From: an uncultured Acidimicrobiia bacterium
GTDB lineage: Bacteria > Acidobacteriota > Terriglobia > Versatilivoradales > Versatilivoraceae
Reading direction: 5' to 3'
Length of the DNA: 64,000 nt
NCBI GenBank assembly: GCA_963786955.1
Contig: CAWBAT010000005.1
Location: 448,001-512,000, forward strand
Both the position numbers and the translations under genes were made by a program. Positions 1 to 9,825 of the stretch are shown piece after piece. How positions within the stretch are numbered: the first letter of the stretch is position 1; each line of letters opens with the position of its first letter. A model generated the notes under the pieces. It searched no databases and had not been told where the DNA came from. It saw only the letters and a list, made by a program, of their open reading frames with translations.

Positions 1-749
1 TAAGGTCACCAATGTTTCCACTCGCACGTCTTTGTCCGCATCTTTGAGATAGGGCATTAACGCTTCATCGACCGACGGGTCTTTAATTTTAAAGAGAGAA
101 CGAAGGATCGCGATCTTCAAATTCTCATCTCCCGTCTTCATCCCATCTAACATTTTGGGGATCGCAGGCTGGCCTCGCAAGACACCGAGAGCCCTGGCCG
201 AATCCAAGCGAATATCGTGCTGGGATCGACTAAATGGGCAGCAATTCCATCGATGACCGATCGCGGCACTTTAATGTACGCTTCAATGACTGATGGGTCC
301 TTGCCAATCTGGTCGCTGAACGGGTTCACCGTTTTGTATACCTTTTTGCTGACTTTCGTGACGATAAATTCTGCCTCGCGGTCAAGGTATAAACTGACCA
401 ATGCAATGATCGACTGTTCTCGAACATTTTCAACGGGGTCCTGAAGTGTCGTCAGAAGCATGGTCACTGCCGCTGGTCTTTCAACAGGCCCAAGGACTTG
501 ACGACATTCCTCACGAACACCAGGATCCGGATCCGCGGCCGCACTTAAAAGAGGGCGGTACGGCCTCAAGACTCTTCGTTTTCCCCAATTGAGTCGCAGC
601 CTTCTTGCGGACCTTCGCATTCGGATCCTTCAGTTTAGCCTTGAGTTCGGCAATTGTCGGCTCGGACGCAAGGCAATCTTGAAGGGAACCGTCCCTGCAA
701 AAAATAGGAAAATCAAAACAATAAAACAAATGAATTGGCGCTTCAGCAT
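1..749 (-). CDS. HEAT-repeat protein with signal peptide; frameshifted, runs off the left edge
   Basis: ATG at 749 after GGAGG gives MLKRQFICFIVLIFLFF. HEAT-like units (LKDPNAKVRKKAATQLG, ADPDPGVREE, LQDPVENVREQSIIALV) lie in different frames (ORFs 511..945 and 147..620). Confidence 0.7.
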
Positions 750-1315
750 AACCTATTTCCCCTCCACGCAAGAATCGAACAGCCTCCAGTATATAACTCC
801 TAAGATTAACACATATCAATATGTGAAACGAAAGCCATTGCACGACAATATTCGATTTTGAACAGTTATTTTCTTCCGCGGGAATAGAATTCAAGCTCCA
901 ATGGAATTTTACGGCACGCCTCCAATCTGCGCCCCCTTGATCCATCGTACCTTCAAAAAAGAGCGGGTTCTCAGATGGTGTTTCCGGTTAACGGACAAAG
1001 TGGAACTCTACGTTGACCATGAACACACGGGTCTCATTGGAATTCCAATTCCCCCTGGCAGTGGGAATATTGCCTTGTCGAAATGATCTCGGACTTTGTA
1101 GAGTAAAGGGACTTGATTTATTGATGCGGAACACAATAAGATTCAGAGCTTAAAGGTCCCGGGTCAGATTCTTGTGCAAATTCTCCGGCAACGCCCGGCC
1201 TGAGAGCCGATCAACTTACCGCTGGTATTGATTCGCAGAAAATAAGGTGAGACTGATTCTCATTTTTCCCCTGTAGGGGGCAGTTATCCCAATCCTCATC
1301 ACAAGGACTTGAACT

Positions 1316-2636
1316 ATGAAAAACAAAAAATTCATTACAGCTTATATCCTTTTTTTGTTTCTCTCAATTAGCCCTGTCATGGGGAGAAAAGCTCTTTTTG
1401 CCGATCCCATTCGTGAGATCAATCAAGCCTCAATTATCGCTGGAAGCGAAGAGGTTGCAATCGTCGGTGTCAATTTGATTGATGGAAGAAGGGACGTTCC
1501 CCTGGAAGATGCCACCGTTCTGGTGAGCAACGGGCGAATTAAGGCGGCAGGGCCGCGCAGTGAGATTAAAGTCCCCCATGGCACAAAGGTGATTGAAGGG
1601 AAGGGACTCAGTTTGCTTCCCGGCATGATCGATTCGCATTTTCATCTCGTCAAATGATCTCGGACTCCCTTCCCTTTACCTGTCCCATGGGATCACTTCA
1701 GTTCGTGACCCGGGGGCGTGGATCGAAGACTACGATCCAGTCGTGCAAAGTTTGGCCCCCATCCCTCGGCTGTTCCTGGCCGGACCGCTCTTGGATTATC
1801 CCCCGCCTGCTTATCCCAAGGGAAGTTACCTCCTTCGCGATGCGGCTGAGGCGCGAGTAGGCGTCAATAGTCTGATCGATCGCGGCTGCTCTGCCGTTAA
1901 GGTCTACTTTCGCCTGCCCTTAGGCATCATTCAAGTCGTGGTGGAAACCGCGCATGCGCGAGGGATTCCCGTGACCGCCCATCTCGAGACCGTCAAAGCC
2001 GATGATGCGATACTTGCCGGAATTGATGGCATCGAACATGTCACCTCCCTAGGCACCGCATTGTTGCCCCCACGTGAAGCCGAAGCCTACCGGCAGAGTG
2101 TTATCGCGGACAATGCCGCGAGAGGCGAGGGGCGATACCGGATCTGGAGCCAGATCGACTTGAATTCACCCCGCGTCAAATCACTGCTGGATCTCATGGT
2201 TTGGCGTGGCATAATACTTTCTCCGACACTGGCGGTATTCGAGCTTCGCGCCGGTGATCCCAACGTAAAGGATTTCAATGTGCACGGTTACAGTCAGATG
2301 ATTCAGTTCACCGGTATGGCGAAAAGGGCCGGTGTGCGTGTCGTCGCGGGATCACATTCGGCCGTTTCTCACGCAGAAAGAGGCTGGGCTTATCAGAGGG
2401 AGATGGAATTGCTAGTGGAAAGCGGCCTCACGCCTATGGAGGCGATTCAAGCCGGGACGATCGAGAACGCCCGATTTTTCCGCATCGAAGACCGGCTCGG
2501 CAGCATTGAGTCTGGAAAAACAGCGGACTTGATTCTGGTGGAAGGAGATCCGTCCAAAAATATTTCGGCCTTGCGCCAAATCAAACAGGTGATGCTTGCT
2601 GGAAAATGGATCCCCACGGAAATTCCTCAGAAATAA
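1316..2636 (+). CDS. Amidohydrolase family protein (imidazolonepropionase-like), one frameshift near 1653
   Basis: LLPGMIDSHFH metal motif in ORF 1316..1657. Removing one A from GTCAAATGA joins it to HGITSVRDPG and ORF 1743..2636 (GSIESGKTADLILVEGDP). Confidence 0.8.
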
Positions 2637-2763
2637 TCGAAATGTTGCAGTCGAAGCGGGAGCCAATTTGCTCTGCCGAGGATTCGAGAAGAATCCCGCA
2701 CACCATCATTCGTTGTTTGGGTAAGAGCCTTTTAAGTAGATTCTCTCCTGAGTCCCCAAAAAG

Positions 2764-3725
2764 ATGCTTTATCCAGGCCCGCCAACTTTTGAGGATGTAC
2801 TCAAGCTCGACGACGAATCCAACCCTACCTTCATGCCACACTGTTGCAGGACTACCCGTCACTGGCTAGGCTGATTAGCTGTGACATCTGGGTAAAGCAC
2901 GAGAACCATCTCCCCACCGGCGCTTTTAAGGTCAGAGGAGGAATCAATCTGATGAGCCAATTAAGCCCAGAGGAGCGTCAACGGGGCGTCATCGCCGCTT
3001 CTACCGGAAATCATGGCCAGTCTATCGCTTATGCCGCCAAGATTTACGGAGTCAAAGCTATTATTTGTGTCCCGCAGGCGCTAATCCGACAAAAGTAGAG
3101 TCCATGAGGGATTTTGGAGCCGAGGTCATCTCTCATGGCTGCGATTTTGACGAGGCTCGCGTGTATTGTGAGCAACTGGCAACGCAAAAAGATTACCGAT
3201 ACATTCATTCAGGAAATGAGCCCCTTTTGATTGCTGGAGTCGCGACTGCAACTGTCGAAATACTTGAAGAACAATCCTGCGTCGATATCTTGCTCGTACC
3301 TATCGGAGGAGGAAGCGGCGCTGCGGGCGCCTGTCTTGTAGCCAAAGGATTAAACTCCAAGATGGAAATTATCGGTGTTCAATCGGAAGCGGCCCCAGCC
3401 GCATTCCGATCCTGGAAGGAGCATCGATTGGTGGCAGACCACATGGCTACTTGGGCGGAAGGGTCTGGCCACCCGTACTGCCTTTGAACTGCCGCAACAA
3501 ATCTTATGGGAGCTTCTGGATGATTTTGTTTTGGTGACGGAAGATGAACTCCGCCGTGCCACGCGCCTCATGATCGAAAAGACACGCAATCTTGTCGAGG
3601 GTGCCGGCGCTGCCCCTCTCGCCGCTGCCCTCAAACTGCGGGATCGCCTGTTGGGCCGCAGAGTCGCCTTGATGTGTACAGGAGGAAATATCAGCCTCTC
3701 TCAACTGAGAGAAATTCTTAAATAA
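2764..3725 (+). CDS. PLP-dependent threonine/serine dehydratase, several frameshifts
   Basis: KHENHLPTGAFKVRGG (PLP lysine), ASTGNHGQS, VPIGGGSG, EGAGAAPLAA and CTGGN, spread over ORFs 2844..3098, 3065..3487 and 3375..3725. Confidence 0.85.
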
Positions 3726-3894
3726 GAACTGTATTCAAAAATTCATGAATCCGGCGGCGGACATGGATGGGAACCGCAACTAAACCCGAACGTTTAAGTT
3801 GGAAGGCGTCCCCTTCCCTTTTTTACCTGATTTACCCGAAACTGCAACGGCCCCGATATAAGAAAGGAACAATACCGCATCACTCCGAGATCCC

Positions 3895-5178
3895 ATGAAT
3901 AATACCGATGCTAAACCCGAAAAGCGGTCCTGGCACTCATCTCCTTGGTTCGCTTCCATTTTGTTGAGTTTCATCGCTGCCCTCTTTTACTCAGACCGCA
4001 CCGCCTTCACCACACTCTTTCCCTTGCTGAGGAACGATCTCGGATTTAGCGATATGGGGCTAGCGGCAATCAACACCTTTTATCTTTGGAGCTTTGCGCT
4101 GGCCTCTCCACTGGCAGGATTTCTCGGGGACCGACTTCTCCCGGCGCCGTCTCATTCTTGCCAGCATTTTTTTCTGGAGCGTGATCACCATGGTCAGCAG
4201 CGTGGTCACCGAGTAGTACCCAGCTGCTTGCGCTCCGAATACTGCTTGGACTGACCGAGTGTCTTTTTGTTCCCAATGCAGTGGCCTTGTTGGGCGAGTA
4301 TCATCCCGTCCGATCCCGCGCATTGGCCATGGGCCTATTTGTTTCAGGAATTAATCTGGGCTTAGTGGCAGGAGGGACGATTGCTGGAGGTCTTGGCGAA
4401 TCTTACGGCTGGCGTTCCGCTATCCTGGCTCTAGGGTTCACAGGGCTGCCGGTTTTAGGTATTTCCTATGCACTCCTCAAGGGAAAACCTTCATCCTACG
4501 GAACAGAAACGATTACCCAATTCGCATGCGACTCCAATCTGGTCTAGCCTCGGTGAAGTGATGAAAATCCCCAGCTTCTGGGTCTTGACGTTGGGTGGTA
4601 TTTTCTTAAACTTTGGGTCATGGATATTTTTAAATTGGCTGCCGCTTTATTTCCAGGAAACGTACCGTATGGGACTGGCAGCTTCAGGTTTTTCCGCAAA
4701 TGCTTACACCACATTGGGAGCAGTTCTTGGCATGATGGTTGGTGGATACCTTTCAGACCGGGTCACGAAAAATGGGCTCCACCATCGACTCCTCCAGGAA
4801 TTCCTTTGGATCGGGGTTTGCTTCCCATTTCCTTTGTTCTTTGTTTTCTCCAGCCGTTTGTACTTAATTTTCCTGTCCATTTTTGCTTTCACGTTGTTCC
4901 GCTCAATGGGGGCAGCCAATGCAACTCCCCTTTATTGTGAAGTACTGGCCAGAAACACCTGGTCTTCAGCCTTTGGTTTCGTCAATATGGTCAACAGTAT
5001 CGCCGCGGGGATTGGGGTGGTCATGGCAGGTTATTTCAAGCAGTACTTTGGGCTCAATCTGATTTTTGCAGCGGTTTCCGGGATTATGTTGATGGCTGTT
5101 ATCGTGCTTTTTGTCGGGTATGTCACCTACATCAAATCAGACTTGGAACGTCAGGGGCACGTTATCCAATCCGTCTAG
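3895..5178 (+). CDS. MFS transporter, frameshifted
   Basis: Hydrophobic helices with YSDR and GFLGDR/GYLSDR motif-A segments across ORFs 3895..4254, 4281..4547 and 4468..5178. Confidence 0.8.
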
Positions 5179-5239
5179 ATTTCGTCATGGTTCCGCGGCC
5201 GCTTGATTTGGCGAAAAGACAATGAAGAAGGAGCGGTAG

Positions 5240-5900
5240 ATGCATCTCATTTCGGTAAATGTCTCGATGCCTAAACCTATTTCCTTCGAGGGAAGGAACG
5301 TCCTGACTGGCATTTTCAAGCAGCCTGTAGAAGGGCGATTACACGTCGAGTCGTTTGAAGCTCGAAGGAGATCAACAGGCCGATCTCTCGGTTCACGGGG
5401 GTCCTCACCAGGCCGTTTATGTTTATCCTTTCGAGCATTACACTTCATGGCAGCAGGAATTGGGGAGAGATGACTTTACTTTCGGTCAGTTTGGAGAAAA
5501 CTTCACGGTCTCTGGAATGCTTGAAAATCAGGTTTGCATTGGCGATGTGTTCCGCGTGGGTAGCGCCCTTTTTCAGGTCACTCAACCGAGGGTCCCATGT
5601 TTCAAGCTGGCGACCAAAATGGGTTCACCCGAGTTCCCCAAATTGTTCATGGCTTCAGCGAAGACAGGCTTCTATTTGCGAGTGATGGAAGAAGGAGACG
5701 TCGGAGCTGGAGACGTCATTCTTCAAGAGAGCCAAAACTCTTTGGGTATGACGGTGGAGAGCGTCTTTCGACTCGCCTATTTCGATCGGGCGAACGTAGG
5801 CAAACTCAAGGAGGCGCTGTGTATTGTCAGCCTCTCTCCCAACTGGCAACGCATGTTCGAAGAACGGCTAGAGGAACTGGGAGAAAAGAAGAATCTCTAA
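5240..5900 (+). CDS. MOSC domain protein (YiiM-like), frameshift near 5350
   Basis: TGIFKQPV in ORF 5240; GDQQADLSVHGG, FGENFT, QPRVPCFKL and TGFYLRV in ORF 5355..5900. Confidence 0.85.
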
Positions 5901-5919
5901 CTCCAAATCTGCTTTCCCC

Positions 5920-5977
5920 GGTGGAACGCGCGCTCCGTCACGCGTTCACGAAGCGTGCGCGGAGCGCCCGCTCCACC
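5920..5977. repeat. REP-like inverted doublet
   Basis: GGTGGAACGCGCGCTCCG...CGGAGCGCCCGCTCCACC imperfect inverted pair. Confidence 0.6.
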
Positions 5978-5999
5978 CGACTTTCATCAACAGAGCTCC

Positions 6000-6046
6000 A
6001 ACAAAAACGCCGCAGACCGAATTTCCCGATCTGCGGCGTTTTTGTT
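6000..6046. terminator. Bidirectional rho-independent terminator
   Basis: AACAAAAACGCCGCAGA-13 nt-TCTGCGGCGTTTTTGTT between the convergent MOSC and fdhA genes, with T-tracts on both strands. Confidence 0.8.
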
Positions 6047-6067
6047 TTTAACCGGAGCGATCCGTGA

Positions 6068-7255
6068 TTACTTGACCGATTTGTGCGGATCGATGACAAA
6101 CTTCTTGGCGGCGCCTTTGTCGAAATCCTTGTACCCTTGCGGCGCCTCATCCAGCGAAATCACCGTCACGTTTACCGCCTTGGCGATCTGAATCTTGTCG
6201 TAGAGAATCGCCGTCATCAACGCCCGGTTGTATTTCATCACCGGGCACTGTCCTGTCGTGAAGAAATGCGATTTCGCCCAGCCTAATCCGATCCGGATGC
6301 TCAACCGTCCCACCTTAGCGTTCTCATCCACTCCGCCCGGATCTCCCGTCACATACAACCCCGGAATGCCCAGCGCTCCGCCTGCCCGCGTAATCTCCAT
6401 CAACGAGTTCAAGACCGTCGCCGGCGCTTCTTTCCCCGAGTCCGATCCATGTCCCCGCGCTTCAAACCCTACGCAGTCCACCGCACAATCCACTTCCGGG
6501 ACTCCCACAATCTGCTCAATCTGCTCGGCAATCGTCGCCTTCTTCGACACATCCACCACTTCACACCCGAAACTCTTCGCCTGCGCCAACCGCTCCGGGA
6601 TCAAATCTCCCACAATCACACAGGCCGCTCCCAGTAACTGTGCCGAGGCCGCACTGGCCAACCCTACCGGCCCCGCCCCTGCGATATACACCACCGATCC
6701 CGGCCCGGTCCCCGCACTCACCGCCCCGTGATACCCCGTCGGAAAAATGTCCGACAAACACGTCAAATCCCGGATCTTCGTCATCGCCCGCGCCTTGTCG
6801 GGAAACTTCAACAGATTGAAGTCCGCATACGGTACCATCACATACTCCGCCTGCCCCCCAATCCATCCCCCCATGTCTACATACCCGTAAGCCGCTCCCG
6901 GCCGCGCCGGATTCACATTCAAACACACCCCCGTCGCCCGCTCCTTGCAGTTGCGACACCGCCCACAGGCAATGTTAAACGGCACCGACACCAGGTCCCC
7001 CACCTTGATAAACTCCACATCCCGACCCGCCTCAATCACTTCCCCCGTGATCTCGTGCCCTAACACCAGCCCCATCGGTGCCGTCGTCCGCCCTCGCACC
7101 ATGTGCTGGTCGCTGCCGCAGATGTTGGTCGCCACAGTCTTTAAAATCACCCCGTGTTCGCACTTCCGATTCCCGATCGCTAGCTTCGGGTAGTCGATGC
7201 TTTGCACCTCCACCACCCCCGGCTTGATATACGCTACTCCACGATTGCTTGCCAT
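6068..7255 (-). CDS. fdhA: Glutathione-independent formaldehyde dehydrogenase
   Basis: MASNRGVAY..., TNICGSDQHMVRGRT, GHE, structural Zn CGRCRNC...C, GAAYGYVDMGGW and FDKGAAKKFVIDPH, as in Pseudomonas FdhA. GAGG RBS before ATG 7255. Confidence 0.93.
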   Translation of the reverse strand: MASNRGVAYIKPGVVEVQSIDYPKLAIGNRKCEHGVILKTVATNICGSDQHMVRGRTTAPMGLVLGHEITGEVIEAGRDVEFIKVGDLVSVPFNIACGRCRNCKERATGVCLNVNPARPGAAYGYVDMGGWIGGQAEYVMVPYADFNLLKFPDKARAMTKIRDLTCLSDIFPTGYHGAVSAGTGPGSVVYIAGAGPVGLASAASAQLLGAACVIVGDLIPERLAQAKSFGCEVVDVSKKATIAEQIEQIVGVPEVDCAVDCVGFEARGHGSDSGKEAPATVLNSLMEITRAGGALGIPGLYVTGDPGGVDENAKVGRLSIRIGLGWAKSHFFTTGQCPVMKYNRALMTAILYDKIQIAKAVNVTVISLDEAPQGYKDFDKGAAKKFVIDPHKSVK

Positions 7256-7427
7256 GGTGACTTCCTCCTTATCTAATTTAAATTGGAAAATGATTCGCAG
7301 CTGAAAGTATAGGGGAATTGAGCCTGGTGAGGAACAGGAAAGCATTCCTTCAATGAGCCCATTCGATTTAGCTCTTAACAGAGAAACAAAAGATTATTCC
7401 CGACCAGCAATTCAGAAAAAGTTGCGC

Positions 7428-9803
7428 CTACCTCGATGCCTTCTCAACTCCGACGACCTCGAACGGAACAGCAGCCGACGGATGTTCTGTGGTGATCAAG
7501 GCTTCAACGAGGCCGACCGCAAAGATATTTCGCTCTGTCGGTTTGACGTTGTGCCCGCACTCCAGAGTGAATGTGAGCTGGGTATCCTGTTCCGGAATCA
7601 TGATTCCATTTAAGCCCACATCGGTAACTCTCACCCCATAGGGAAGGTTCTGGATATTAAACTTAACGCGACCCTTGAAGCCATTAAATCGCTCCACGGC
7701 CACTGTCACCTTCGCTGTTCCGCCTGGAGAAAGTCGGATTCTTTCATTTCTGACGAAGACCTTAATGTCCGGCCCCGGCATGAATGAAACCAGTTTCAGA
7801 AGATCTCCACCATCCGCAACCCGTGTTACCCACTCTTCGCCGACATGCGCTTTTCCTTTGATCCGGTAACGGGACCACCCCTCGGGCAAATTCACTCCGG
7901 GTTCCGCTTTCAATAACAGCGTTACCGAATTCTCACCAACGGGTACGGTTCCAATGGTTCCACTCATTCCCTGTGGGAGCCCGTCGAATTCAACAGCAAT
8001 GGGTCCGGTAAAACCCTCGGTGCGCAATGCCGTTACCTCAACAGGAACCGCTGCGCCTTTTGGAAGGTTGGGATTCTTGGGGATTGCCGTCAACAAAAAG
8101 TCTGGATTAAGGCTTCTCAGGGTCAAACGATAAGAAAAATCATCACCCCCCTTAGACCTGACGTCAGCAATTCTGGCCAAATAGACGCCGTCAGCAGGGG
8201 CCGTAAACGTCAAGTGGGAATCCTTTCCATACCCCGGGCCTCCGTCGTCATTGCGGTAATAGAATTGAATCATGGGCATCCCGTTAGGAGGGAATTGGCT
8301 GCCTGGCGGATGGAGTTCAACCTTGTAGACCCATTCGTCCAACGCATGGGCTTCGGGCGTTGTCTCTTCTTCGGAAACACGCTGCCCGCCGAAGCTTCGG
8401 AAAGTCACATCTTCATCCGGCCCATCGACGAGCTTAACCACACGCATGAGTTCACTGCCACCCACCACATAATCATCGAGCTTCAAAGTCTGGGCACCGG
8501 CAATGCGCAAGCCCGGAGATTTTGAGTCGCGATCAAACAAGGTGATCTGGCTCTTCCAGACCGCGCGAGCCGTTACACGGGGAACCAGATTCCCCCTAGC
8601 ATCCAGGACCTCGATCACGGAATCCAGCGGCGAACCTAATCGGTTGGCGGCTGTTTCCAGGACAATCCCCTGTCCTTTTTTGGCGCTGAAGCGGTAGTAA
8701 TCGGGCAAAGCAACTCCTGCAGAGTTCCGTGTGATTCGGCCATTCACAGTAATGGGAACCTCAAGTTCCTGCGCTGACTCTAGTGTGTTATTGCGGCCGG
8801 ATTCTTCTAATTCGTCATAGCGCCCAATGGCGAGCGGAAGAACATTTACCGAATCCCCCTGAGACGTAGTGGCTCCGAGTGTCACGATGTCCATGATTCT
8901 TCCTGGCCCTAAGCCAAAAGGCTCTGGCGAAACCGCTCGCGTCTTCCCCAAGTTGTAACCGGACACATGGATTGCATCCGTCGTGCCTGCCTTGAGCCCC
9001 AAAGGATAAAGGCCTTTCAAAAAAGGAAACTGGCCTACGGTCAATCGATAAACATGCCGGAGACTTCCGCTTTTGAGGTAATCATTAATCCGAACCTGAT
9101 AATTGCCGTCTTCGGGAATCCTGCAACCTATTGCGGTCTTCCCTTTCTCTTCCAAGTTGGTAATCAGGATACGGCCTTCCGAGTCGAAGACTTCAATAAC
9201 TGGATCCAATGTAGATCCGATTCCGGCAGCGTTCACAAGGAAGACGATCTCCTGATTTTTCTTGGCCTCAAATGCAAATTCATCGAAATCTCCGGGCTTG
9301 AGGATGGTGCCGTTGATTGTGACTGGCAAAACGATGGACTGGGCTTGCTGGCGGGAATTATTGGGCTCGCGTTCTCCGATCTCCGGGAAAGCTGCAACAT
9401 CCATTCTACCTGGAGTCGAACTACCGTGCGGAGTGATGAAACGAAACAAGTGAGTTCCCATCGCCGTCCACTTTTCTGCCGAGACCTCCACAGTTGCCTC
9501 CATCCTGGCGGGTTCTTCGAAGTACGTTTTTACGCCAGTAGAAGGCTTTGAATCGGGAGCCCATTTTTCCTTAGGAATGGCGGTGACGGAAAGGACCCTG
9601 CCGCTCAGCCCCGGTTCGGAAAAAACAATGGCGCTGGCCCCTGTCAGGTCGGTCCCTTCTATAACTAGCGTGGTGGTCGTCCCTCGTTGGATTCCAGCAG
9701 GTGCAGTCAAGATGACCGTCGGAGGCGTGGTTTGCGCCCTAGCCATAAACACGAAAATGCAACAAACCAGCGGGAGAGAAATAATTAAACGTCGAGGTTT
9801 CAT
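7428..9803 (-). CDS. Exported PPC (pre-peptidase C-terminal) domain protein, planctomycete-type partner of DUF1549/1553
   Basis: Signal peptide; repeated EREPNN...AQ..P.TING and D.Y.F.AKK...GS.LD motifs. Confidence 0.75.
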   Translation of the reverse strand: MKPRRLIISLPLVCCIFVFMARAQTTPPTVILTAPAGIQRGTTTTLVIEGTDLTGASAIVFSEPGLSGRVLSVTAIPKEKWAPDSKPSTGVKTYFEEPARMEATVEVSAEKWTAMGTHLFRFITPHGSSTPGRMDVAAFPEIGEREPNNSRQQAQSIVLPVTINGTILKPGDFDEFAFEAKKNQEIVFLVNAAGIGSTLDPVIEVFDSEGRILITNLEEKGKTAIGCRIPEDGNYQVRINDYLKSGSLRHVYRLTVGQFPFLKGLYPLGLKAGTTDAIHVSGYNLGKTRAVSPEPFGLGPGRIMDIVTLGATTSQGDSVNVLPLAIGRYDELEESGRNNTLESAQELEVPITVNGRITRNSAGVALPDYYRFSAKKGQGIVLETAANRLGSPLDSVIEVLDARGNLVPRVTARAVWKSQITLFDRDSKSPGLRIAGAQTLKLDDYVVGGSELMRVVKLVDGPDEDVTFRSFGGQRVSEEETTPEAHALDEWVYKVELHPPGSQFPPNGMPMIQFYYRNDDGGPGYGKDSHLTFTAPADGVYLARIADVRSKGGDDFSYRLTLRSLNPDFLLTAIPKNPNLPKGAAVPVEVTALRTEGFTGPIAVEFDGLPQGMSGTIGTVPVGENSVTLLLKAEPGVNLPEGWSRYRIKGKAHVGEEWVTRVADGGDLLKLVSFMPGPDIKVFVRNERIRLSPGGTAKVTVAVERFNGFKGRVKFNIQNLPYGVRVTDVGLNGIMIPEQDTQLTFTLECGHNVKPTERNIFAVGLVEALITTEHPSAAVPFEVVGVEKASR

Positions 9804-9825
9804 TGGACTGATTTCATTTCCACGA

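Noticed and set aside
1090-1315. Possible TPP riboswitch (CTGAGA seen)
   Set aside because: The remaining conserved core (e.g. ACCTGAT...AGCGTAGGGA) is absent.
1655-1657. TGA in the amidohydrolase as selenocysteine or readthrough
   Set aside because: The protein continues in a different frame, so this is an indel, not recoding.
1-5900. Five consecutive frameshifted genes (mass pseudogenisation or programmed frameshifting)
   Set aside because: The breaks are single-base indels in unrelated genes with intact motifs, and they stop abruptly after ~5.4 kb. This is best explained by low-coverage long-read error; read mapping would decide.
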